A stretch of 22,412 nt of DNA from Octopus sinensis (GCF_006345805.1 NW_021823744.1:1-22412); one strand, 5' to 3'; positions 10,655 through 19,691 are shown, counted from the first letter of the stretch. The notes: a model not told the origin generated them from the letters alone. Numbers and translations: made by a program.

Positions 10655-11050
10655 GGCGGCGAGCTGGCAGAAACGTTAGCACGCCGGGCGAAATCCGTAG
10701 CCGTATTTCGTCAGCCGCTACGTTCTTAGTTCAAATTCCGCCGAGATCGACTTTGCCTTTCATACTTTCGGGGTCGATTAAATAAGTACCAAGTCGATAT
10801 AATCCGTTTGTCTGTCTTTGTTTGTCCTCTCTGTGTTTAGCCCCTTGTGGATAGCAAAGAAATAGGTATTTCGTCTGCCGCTACGTTCTGAGTTCAAATT
10901 CCGCCGAGGACGACTTTGCCTTTCATCCTTTCGGGGTCGATTAAATACGTACCAGTTACGCACTGGGGTCGATATAATATACTCAATCCGTTTGTTTGTC
11001 CTTGTTTGTCCCCTCTATGTTTAGCCCCTTGTGGGCAATAAAGAAATAAG
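10655..11050 (+). mobile_element. SINE family B, dimer: one head plus two tandem body units
   Basis: Head GGCGGCGAGCTGGCAGAAACGTTAGC; units begin GTATTTCGTC at 10703 and 10866, each with B-box AGTTCAAATTCC; TSD-like ATGTCATAC at 10642-10650 and 11052-11060. Confidence 0.95.
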
Positions 11051-11267
11051 TATGTCATACGTTACACAACTCTCGACAAGTCACTTGTTGACGAACTGTC
11101 GGTTCATCAGCACGTCACTGCTCACTTGTACTTTTCGAAAGCCTGATGAGTTGAGAGAAGAGTAACATACTCATTCACACACACGCGCGCATATTTTTGA
11201 AGCCGCTTATTACGTTACTTTTGGGACAAAGTTCTTTAGATAACAGTAATTGTTTGATATTATGCGT

Positions 11268-11763
11268 TACTTTGCCTTTTATCCTTTCGGGGTCGATAAA
11301 TTAAGTACCAGTTGCGTACTGTACTTACTTGTACTTGTGGCGACATTCACCCTGGGCGGGTTGAGTCGGCTTCTTCCACCACCGTCGAGGCATCTCGAAC
11401 CATGGCGGTGGAAGAAGTTTCGTGGGAATATGAATTTCACGAGTGGCCCCCAACAATCCCGCATGTAGAGACATCCTGTTTGCCGCAGATTGTCCGCAGA
11501 CACAGGGAACGACTGAGGAGCCGCCGGATGCCGAAACAGACACTCTGAGGATTTTCCCCAGAGCCCCGTCTGTCGGGTTGTGGCCCTAATACCACATGAT
11601 GTCAGACCAATCCGCCTTGGGTGGCCCTACCAGGAACCGACGGCATAGTTCTGACACTACCCGTTGCCAGCGTCCCCACCACGGTGAGGAGGGGATGGAC
11701 TGGGGTCGATGTAATCGACTAGCCCCCTTTTCCCAAATTTCATGTACAATAGAGTAGAATATT
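11268..11763 (+). mobile_element. SINE family B body (headless, alternative 3' end), split by a nested insertion
   Basis: Removing 11322-11698 and one ACTG restores CCAGTTGCGT-ACTG-GGGTCGATGTAATCGACT. Confidence 0.85.
11322..11698 (-). mobile_element. 377-nt non-autonomous RTE-derived retroposon
   Basis: ACTG duplicated at both ends; minus-strand tail ACAAGTACAAGTAAGTA; strong 3' stem-loop (11370-11417); TAGGGCCACCCAAG (11616-11629) resembles the RTE/BovB 5'UTR motif as I recall it; no RT or endonuclease ORF. Confidence 0.7.
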
Positions 11764-11764
11764 A

Positions 11765-11898
11765 GGCGTGGGGAGCTAGCAGAATTGGTAGCATGCTCGG
11801 CAAAATTGCTTAGCGGCATTTCAACCGTCTTTACATTATGAGTTCAAATCCCTACTTGAAACTTGCTGGCCTTGTACCAAAATTTGAAACCAATATTA
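11765..11898 (+). mobile_element. Old SINE family B copy, internally deleted
   Basis: Diverged head (GAGCTAGCAGAA..GAGTTCAAATCC) fused to the GGCCTTGTACCAAAATTTGAAACCAATATT 3' end. Confidence 0.75.
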
Positions 11899-11980
11899 TT
11901 GAAACCGTTTATTGCGATACTTTTGGGACAATACTGTTTAGATAACAATAATTGTATGATGTTATTACATAGGAGTACAA

Positions 11981-12198
11981 GGTAGAAAGCCGACAGAGTC
12001 GTTAACACGCTGAGCGAAATGCTTAAGGGCATTCGTACGTCTTTACGTTCTGAATTCAAATTCCTCCTAGATCGACTTTGCCTTTCATCCATTCGGGTCG
12101 ACAAATTAAGTACTGGCTGAGCATTGTGGTCGATGTAATCAACTTAACCTTCTTCTAAAAGTGCTGTCCTTGTGCTAAAACTGGAAACCAATATTATT
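11981..12198 (+). mobile_element. Old SINE family B copy
   Basis: Diverged head, GACTTTGCCTTTCATCC body, GGAAACCAATATT end. Confidence 0.85.
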
Positions 12199-12300
12199 CA
12201 TGAGTATAATAAGCAATTTCCAATATAGCATTTAAAAAAAAACACAATTTCTTTCTATGTTCATAATTATATCAATGTTTTAATAAGTAGACAGAGGTCC

Positions 12301-12452
12301 AATATTGTTTTCCAGTTTTAGCACTAGGACAGCACTTTTGGAAGAAGGTTAAGTTGACCACAATGCTCACCCAGTACTTAATTTGTCGACCCGAAAGGAT
12401 GAAAGGCAAAGTCGATCTAGGAGGAATTTGAATTCAGAACGTAAACAGACTA
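12301..12452 (-). mobile_element. SINE family B copy, inverted near-duplicate of 12042-12195
   Basis: 140/145 aligned identity plus one 9-nt indel relative to the plus-strand copy. Confidence 0.9.
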
Positions 12453-12556
12453 CATAAAAATACACCAATCATCACGACACAAACCTTCATTCACTCACTC
12501 TATCTCTCTTTCTCTCTCACATATATACGTGCAAGCACGCACGCGCACACACACAC

Positions 12557-12596
<40 letters not shown>

Positions 12597-12650
12597 TATA
12601 CATACACACACACGTCCATTTCATATATCTTCTTTCAAGACAAATAGATG

Positions 12651-12817
12651 AAGTCGATTATATCGGCCCCAGTGCGTAACTGGTACTTATTTAATCGACC
12701 CCGAAAGGATGAAAGGCAAAGTCGACCTCGGCGGAATTTGAACTCAGAACGTAGCGGCAGACGAAATACTGCTAAGCATTTCGCCTGGCGTGCTAACGTT
12801 TCTGCCAGCTAACCGCC
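12651..12817 (-). mobile_element. SINE family B, young copy lacking its 3' end
   Basis: Near-identical to the head and first unit of the 19099-19548 copy, including the GCGGTTAGCTGG head variant. Confidence 0.93.
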
Positions 12818-12824
12818 TCATACA

Positions 12825-12871
12825 TATCTATCTATCTATCTATCTATATATCTATATATATATATATATAT

Positions 12872-12926
<55 letters not shown>

Positions 12927-13046
12927 GTGTGTGTGTGTGTATGTATGTATGCATACATATATATACAACGATTCCGCTCAGACATAGTGGTACCAATAAC
13001 CATTCGTTACAACCCACTATGTGTGCGTGCGTGCGTGCGTGTGTGT

Positions 13047-13078
<32 letters not shown>

Positions 13079-13310
13079 ATGAGGGGGAGAGAGAGAGTGA
13101 GTGAGTTTGAGAGAGTAGAATAAAAGAAAAGCAAGAAGTGGGGTGAGGATTGATAATGATTGGGACAGGGGGGAGAAAGCGGGGAAGGGGAGTAGTGTTT
13201 AAGGAGAGAAATAAGGCAAGAGAACGACATGAAAAAAGAAGGAAAGAGGAATAACAGAGAGAGGGGAAGAGGAGGAGAGGGGAGAAAGGAGAGAAGTGAG
13301 GGGAGGTTAA
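12825..13310. repeat. (CTAT)n/(TA)n/(GT)n microsatellites followed by a purine-rich low-complexity tract
   Basis: Direct reading. Confidence 0.88.
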
Positions 13311-13431
13311 GGTTGAATTGTGGACTTGTTAACAGGAATATATAATAACAATGGAATTATGAAAGAGAAATCTTGTCAAGCCTTCCTTTTTCTAGTTACC
13401 GTTCTCATTTACAAGGTACAGTGCAAGGTGA

Positions 13432-13445
13432 CCGACAGAGGGCGC
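13432..13445 (+). promoter_or_regulatory. Possible CTCF core motif
   Basis: CCGACAGAGGGCGC fits the CTCF core consensus at all but one position; lies in one of the few non-repetitive stretches. Motif match only. Confidence 0.25.
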
Positions 13446-13807
13446 CTGCTGTCATAGAGAGTAAAACTTCCATTTAGTCTAGCTGTTTTATTAGAAGTGC
13501 TCGCGACATGCAGATTTTTCACTCACAGGCGACAGAGATTGGGGTAAGGGTGACAGCTTGACAGAACCAAAAGAGGCGCCAGGCAAAAATCAGAAAAAAA
13601 CTTCCTCGTCGTATTAAGTTTCGTCCCTTCCGGTTTGAAACTCCCGTTCCAATTGACGTTTGGCCTTCATCCTGCCGGAAATGTGTAACCTTATGGCGAA
13701 GTTAGAAACAATTATTATCATTATCTCATTGTCTAAAACGGTAAACGCCACAGAAATGATGCCGAGTGCTTGGGTTGTGAACTTGCAAGAGACGGTTTCG
13801 GCTTTAG

Positions 13808-13930
13808 GACGTGCGGTGGAAAAAATAAACTGCAATGTTTCGTTGCATTTCTTAACGTTCTGCTTTCAAATCCGCCGAGGTCAGCTTGACCTTTTATAAT
13901 TTTGGTGTTGATTAAATAAAGTAAGTCAAC
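13808..13930 (+). mobile_element. Highly diverged SINE-B-related fragment
   Basis: AACGTTCTGCTTTCAAATCCGCCGAGGTCAGCTTGACCTTT resembles TACGTTCTGAGTTCAAATTCCGCCGAGGTCGACTTTGCCTTT. Confidence 0.6.
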
Positions 13931-13949
13931 TGGTAGTATATACATATGT

Positions 13950-13993
<44 letters not shown>

Positions 13994-14014
13994 GTATGTA
14001 TATATATATATATA

Positions 14015-14131
14015 TCACGTGATCACGTGACCGGCCAGACCATCAGATGTTGTTACATATCGCTGGTCACAATGCGTTCGCATTGTTTTAGCCTTCGAAT
14101 GACGCCACCCCGCTGGCTAAGCGAGCAGGCC
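14015..14131. mobile_element. Short GC-richer island between TA tracts; possible retroposon 3' fragment
   Basis: Sharp boundaries with microsatellites and a tandem TCACGTGA pair at one end; no second copy in the window, so the assignment is weak. Confidence 0.35.
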
Positions 14132-14134
14132 ATG

Positions 14135-14176
<42 letters not shown>

Positions 14177-14208
14177 CGTATATATGTGTAATATATATAA
14201 ATATATAT

Positions 14209-14241
<33 letters not shown>

Positions 14242-14281
14242 CATACTCTCACGAACACACAGACACATATATGTATGTATG

Positions 14282-14340
<59 letters not shown>

Positions 14341-14363
14341 CTTTATATATATATATGTTATAG

Positions 14364-14544
14364 CACTGGAAAAATGTTATAGCACTTTCAATACATAATT
14401 GTAAATTGCAAAACAGAGAAGAAATGACCAGCATTAAATGACCAATGTTACATAAGGTACAGGCATTGTCGAATTACCAAAGCGTTGCGCCATATGTCTT
14501 GCGGAGAAAGACTATATCTTTCATCTTCCCCTTCAATATTAAAT
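14364..14544 (+). pseudogene. Decayed Penelope-like element GIY-YIG endonuclease C-terminal fragment
   Basis: Reads [36 protein letters not shown], frameshift, KRCAICLAEKDYIF, frameshift, SILN. This matches the PLE pattern as I recall it (N-x-T-x-LS-x-HIW-x-LK..SIKW..SN..KRC-x-LCL-x-EK..I..LN), with TGA (14439) in place of Trp. Confidence 0.75.
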
Positions 14545-14820
14545 GAGGGAAAACAGAGCGAGTCCTTGAGACTTTCAAAGTGGTCACCCAGATGCATGGC
14601 AGACGAAAACCAACGATTTTTAACAGATTAAACAGCTTAAAGTCATTCTATTCCATTACTTAGATAACCGCTAATATTTTCCGCCATGCAACGGCCAGAC
14701 CGAACAAAACCTCGATTCGGGATTTGTAATCTCTGTTTATCGTACAACAATCGACATAAATAGTATTCTACGCACGTTTGTAATAAAACCGTATTGAGTG
14801 CTTATCGGTTTACGTAGCAG

Positions 14821-15202
14821 AGGTAAGTAGCTTGCTAACCAACCACATGGTTCCGGGTTCAGTCCCACTGCGTGGCATCTTGGGCAGCCTCGGGCCGACC
14901 AATGCTTTGTGAGTGGATTTGGTAGATGGAAACTGAAAGAAGCCTGTCGTAGATATGTATATATATGTATATGTATGTATGTGTATGTGTTTGTGTGTCT
15001 GTGTTTGTACCCCTATAGCATTGACGACAACCGATGCTGGTGTGTTTACGTCCCCGTCACTTAGCGGTTCGGCAAAAGAGACCGATTGAATAAGTACTGG
15101 GCTTACAAAGAATAAGTCCCGGGGTCGATTTGCTCGACTAAAGGCGGTGCTCCAGCATGGCCGCAGTCAAATGACTGAAACATGTAAAAGAGTAAAAGAG
15201 TA
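14821..15202 (+). mobile_element. SINE family A with a 16-nt deletion in the CORE-like segment
   Basis: GGTTCAGTCCC B-box, internal TATG/TG tract, 3' module, GTAAAAGAGTAAAAGAGTA tail. Confidence 0.93.
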
Positions 15203-15669
15203 TACATACATACGTACATAAATACATGTATATACACAGCATCATCTATGTATACACATACACATACACAAACATATACATACATACATACATACATATG
15301 CACACACACATATATACACATACATAAATACGTACATATATACACACGCACAGATACATATATATATATATATATATATATACGCATGCATACAGTTACA
15401 AATACAGATGACATGCAGGTGTCAAAGCGGATATCCGTTAAGGTATCAGCAAAGAACCATAATATCACATTTAATGACCAACAGAGGTAAATATATTGAC
15501 ATAAAACTGAAACACACGGCTTACTCGCCCAGACTCGGCTGTCTTCTGATCATTTTAATGATTTTTGCCCGAAACACTTCAACAAAAAAGATCGTGTACG
15601 TATGTACAAACACGCACGTATCTGTATACTCTGTGTATACAAGCAGATGTTTACGTAAGCATACACACA

Positions 15670-15713
<44 letters not shown>

Positions 15714-15742
15714 ATATATAATATATATATATATATATATGA

Positions 15743-15812
<70 letters not shown>

Positions 15813-15932
15813 GAATATATATATAAACATGTATATGATATACATGACTAAATGTATAGATGTGTATATATAGAGATATATACATATTTATACATATAAA
15901 AACACACACGCATACACATACATACACACACA

Positions 15933-15979
<47 letters not shown>

Positions 15980-16023
15980 CTACACACACGCACTCGCACA
16001 TTTACGTGCATCTATGTATATGA

Positions 16024-16055
<32 letters not shown>

Positions 16056-16100
16056 GGGTGTGCTTGTGTGAGCGCATGCGCTTCTGTGTGTGCATGTGTG
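15203..16100. repeat. Compound (TACA)n/(TA)n/(GT)n/(CA)n microsatellites with one unique spacer at about 15395-15620
   Basis: Direct reading. Confidence 0.88.
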
Positions 16101-16594
16101 TACATGTACCGAATCACTCTATGAACTCCTCACCGACTTAAGAGCCGTAATCAAGTGTTTCAGAATTTTATTCTCGAATATATTTCCCCTAAAAGGATAT
16201 TTCATTGATAATACTCTGAACAGAAAACCCAAATGGTTTTTTGACGTTGATATTCTAGTGTAAGTGTGGTGTAAAGTTACTTGCCATTTTAATTACGCTG
16301 TTTACATGATGAGTTTCTAGACCAGAGATTGTCACCATTTTTGTTTTTTAATCCATGAACCCCTTTGATAACTATTTTGTTCTGGTGGATCTCATAGCCA
16401 TTCAGTGCTTAACTATTAGCTTTATAGATACTTCTTTCAAAATTTCCTATTTAGTTTTTCACCTATTTACTTGTGCACGTTTGCAATGGCGCTCATCTGA
16501 GAGAACATGTTTCGGTGGCCACAGATATGTTGAACTGCGTTAAGCGTAAGAGAAAGAAACCTAGTTGTTTCTTTCAATAATATATATCTAAGAG

Positions 16595-16986
16595 TGGAGG
16601 CGCAATGGCCCAGTGGTTAGGGCAGCGGACTCGCGGTCGGAGGATCGCGGTTTCGATTCCCAGACCGGGCGTTGTGTGTGTTTATTGAGCGAAACACCTA
16701 AAGCTCCACGAGGCTCCGGCAGGGGGTGGTTGCGACCCCTCTGTTGTACTCTTTCGCCTCAACTTTCTCTCACTCCACTCTTACTTCCTGTTTCTGTTGT
16801 ACCTGTATTTCAAGGGGCCGGCCTTGTCACTCTCTGTGTCACGCTGAATATCCCTGAGAACTACGTTAAGGGTGCACGTGTCTGTGGTGTGCTCAGCCAC
16901 TTACACGTTAATTTCACGAGCAGGGGCTGTTCCAATGATTCGGATCAACAGGAACCCTCATCTTCGTAACCGACGGAGTGCTTCCC
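16595..16986 (+). mobile_element. SINE family C, full length
   Basis: tRNA-like head GGCGCAATGGCCCAGTGGTTAGGGCAGCGGACT..GGTTTCGATTCCC; 11-bp TSD ATATCTAAGAG (16584-16594) / ATATTTAAGAG (16987-16997), 1 mismatch. Confidence 0.92.
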
Positions 16987-17112
16987 ATATTTAAGAGGGA
17001 AAATATATATATCTAATAAATATATCTAAGAGAAAAATTTGTTGGATCCTCAATTTAGTGTCTTGCTTTTGTGGAACCAAAACTTTTACATGGACCCCCA
17101 GAGACCGTATAG

Positions 17113-17304
17113 TGGAGGTGCGTGGTTTCGATTCCTGGACCGAGCGACGCGTTGTGTTCTTGAGCAAAACACTTCATTTCACGTCGCTCCAGCCTGTTCA
17201 GCTGGCAAAAATGAGTAACCCTGCGACGGAGCGGCGTCCAGTCCAGGTAGGGATTTTATACGCCATGGAAACCATTATGAATCGGCATGACTCGAGAAGG
17301 TAAC
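17113..17304 (+). mobile_element. SINE family D fragment (5'-truncated tRNA head + CORE-like segment)
   Basis: B-box GGTTTCGATTCC (17124-17135) followed by GTTGTGTTCTTGAGCAAAACACTT; single copy in the window. Confidence 0.6.
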
Positions 17305-17728
17305 CTCTATTTTTTCTATAAGGGGCCGTATGGATCACGGATCAGAACAACTGTTTATAGAACCTGTCCCACGAAATTTTCCACTTTAAAGTTATTCGTA
17401 ACTTTTCTTTCCTTTTCTTTCCTATCTTTTTTTCTTGTATTTTTTCCCTTTAAGGTTCAAAATTTGGTGTGCTTCAGTGATTATTTGATCATTTAGTCTC
17501 GCCTGTTGCAACCCCAACACATTCAAAGTAACGAGCTTATTAGGGATCGTGACCGTTAGGGGTTTCCATGCTCGGATACCTGTACCCACTAGAAATACAA
17601 GATAGCATTTCAGTGGGTGTAAGACAGCATTTCCGGTCTTCGACAAAGAATGTATATGCTGCATTAAAACCGTTGATCAGTATAAAATTTATTACAATCT
17701 GTTAAAAGCAACTTTGTTCTATTAAGTA

Positions 17729-18121
17729 CTAGCAATATCGCCCGGCGTTGCTCGGTTTGTAAGGGAAATAACTATATAAGCATTTTTAGAGATGTAAAGT
17801 ATAATAGCCATCTCAATATGGCTAACCACAAAGGGGGGGGTGTGTTACTATAGCTTTTTACGTTCTGAGATTTATAATACATTTTAGAGAGTTATTCCCT
17901 TATATAATAGCAAAAAATGCATTAAAAATGGAAAAAAATGGTAAATTTTTTTTAAATCGTAGACTCATCGTAGACGCGCGCTAATACCCAGAAGGGCTCG
18001 ATATGAATCACGACTATAAGATACCCGGTTTTGGTTAAACTGCACCGCAAAATGTGGGAGTAGTTAGGAATCTAAATCGTAGGAGACAGACAGCACACAA
18101 CCTCTCTTTTATATGTAAAGA
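17729..18121 (-). mobile_element. Non-autonomous Helitron, 393 bp
   Basis: Minus strand A|TCTTTACATATAAAA 5' end with TGTCTGTCT; 3' bulged hairpin CCG(A)GC-AAC-GCCGG, then GCGATATTG-CTAG|T. Confidence 0.85.
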
Positions 18122-18755
18122 TATCCCACAATACTGTCTACAGTCCAATCAAAAGATAATTAATTATTTGTTTTTTTTAATCGGTTTGCAACATTGTTAG
18201 TGAGGAATCGTGCGTTGAAAGAAATTTTATTGTATTTTGGGATGGGATCAGATTTGAAACAGATCTGGACGAAAGAGTGCACGTCATTGATGAGGTTTCC
18301 AACGACGACGAAAGAATTTTAACAAGCAATTGATTGATTGTTTAACCGATTGATTAAGCAAGCAATTGATTAGTTGGCTGGTTAAACTAACTAACTAATT
18401 GACTTATAATTAAGAAGTGAAACTGAATCAGTGCATGTGTTTATTATTGGCATAATGAACTTCCCAAGATGAAACAAATTAACAAATTATTTATTAGAAA
18501 ATTGGCTTTTTCCTTATCAAATGTGATATTACTTTTCTGGAGAATCGAAAATTAATCGAACATTTCCTAAGAATGCAGGGCACAGAAAGGGCGTTGGGAT
18601 TCATCGAGCTAGATGATCACTCCTTTCGCTAGAAGTAGCTACCAAAGCTAACTCACACCATGCTTAAATGATTCCCAGTTTTTGACGACCCTATCCTCAA
18701 TAAGGCAAATAAATATTTTTCGTGGCCCCTCCTCGTCTCCTTTTCAATATTTAAG

Positions 18756-18934
18756 CCCTTTAGCATTTAAACCGGCCATATCTGGCCCCAGTATTCTGCC
18801 TGACATACTTGCGCTACAGTGTCCATTCTAAAGATAAACAGTCCCATCATAGAAACCTCTAAGCCACAAAGATAATACAAGATTAATTCAAAAGAATACG
18901 AATAAATAAGCATTACATTTTGAATGCGAACGGA
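18756..18934. mobile_element. Probable piggyBac-type MITE, diverged
   Basis: TTAA(G)CCCTTTAGCATTTA on the left; TGAATGCGAACGGA-TTAT on the right (10/14 match to the reverse complement). Confidence 0.55.
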
Positions 18935-18964
18935 TTATATAAAACTTTTCTGATTAGAAAAGTA

Positions 18965-19098
18965 CGAGGGAATGTTCAAAACGTTTCTGGCTTTAAGGGT
19001 ATCGCGAAAGGTCTGGCTGGGGGCCCAACCTTCCGAGTTCTTTTACAAGGCTTAGAAAAACTGAAGGAGCGCTACAGTAAGTGAGTGAATCTGATAAG
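18965..19098 (+). mobile_element. Mariner-derived MITE fragment (left TIR + transposase C-terminal codons); right end missing
   Basis: TA|CGAGGGAATGTTCAAAACG mariner-type terminus; 19043-19093 reads LQGLEKLKERYSK*VNL, like the mariner C-terminal G-x-x-KL-x-x-RW-x-KCV motif. Confidence 0.7.
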
Positions 19099-19548
19099 GA
19101 ACTCAGAACGTAGCGGCAGACGAAATACCTATTTCTTTATTGCCCACAAGGGGCTAAACACAGAGGGGACAAACAAGGACAGACAAACGGATTAAGTCGA
19201 TTATATCGACCCCAGTGCGTAACTGGTACTTATTTAATCGACCCCGAAAGGATGAAAGGCAAAGTCGACCTCGGCGGAATTTGAACTCAGAACGTAACGG
19301 CAGACGAAATACCTATTTCTTTACTACCCACAAGGGGCTAAAGACAGAGAGGACAAACAAGGACAGACAAACGGATTAAGTCGATTATATCGACCCCAGT
19401 GCGCGACTGGTACTTAATTTATCGACCCCGAAAGGATGAAAGGCAAAGTCGACCTCGGCGGAATTTGAACTCAGAACGTAACGTAACGGCAGACGAAATA
19501 CCGCGCAGCATTTCGCCCGGCGTGCTAACGTTTCTGCCAGCTAACCGC
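19099..19548 (-). mobile_element. SINE family B multimer: head + two full units + start of a third
   Basis: GAACTCAGAACG recurs at 19099, 19283 and 19467 (184-nt period); head only on the first unit. Confidence 0.95.
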
Positions 19549-19691
19549 TGTCTACCAAATCCACTCGCAAGACTTTGTTCGGCCTGAGCCTATCGTAGAA
19601 GACACTTGCCCAAACCATGGTGTCAGGCAGTGGGACTGAATCCAGAACCATGTGGTTGGGAAGCCGGCTTCTTACCACACACATCTGCGCC
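19549..19691 (-). mobile_element. SINE family A, head/CORE-like module only
   Basis: GTCTACCAAATCCACTC..GAAGACACTTGCCCAA..GTGGGACTGAA..CTTACCACAC..TGCGCC. Confidence 0.85.

Noticed and set aside
11104-11149. CTGATGA matches (minus 11104-11110, plus 11143-11149; also 21629-21635) as hammerhead cores
   Set aside because: None is followed by a stem II and GAAA at the right spacing.
11250-11819. GC-richer ORFs of 72-78 aa overlapping the RTE-derived insert
   Set aside because: No RT or endonuclease motifs; they cross element boundaries and are explained by low stop frequency.
14015-14030. Tandem palindromic E-boxes TCACGTGATCACGTGA as a bHLH-ZIP enhancer
   Set aside because: Sits at the edge of a probable repeat fragment beside (TA)n and looks like a tandem tail.
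16600-16675. tRNA-like sequences (also at 5187 and in the A and B heads)
   Set aside because: A and B boxes are present, but each continues into a SINE body with tail or TSD and lacks a proper acceptor stem; not tRNA genes.
17401-17625. Strong polypyrimidine tract + AG (17453-17454) with a downstream GTAAGA as an internal coding exon; ORF 17422-17664
   Set aside because: All three plus frames close within about 45 nt and the minus ORF has no recognisable homology. A terminal or non-coding exon cannot be excluded.
19099-19548. De novo rolling-circle (retrozyme-like) origin for each SINE B multimer; also a CRISPR-like reading
   Set aside because: No CUGANGA core in the unit, and units 1 and 2 carry position-specific variants shared between loci, which argues for an inherited multimer. 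There are no unique spacers, so it is not CRISPR.
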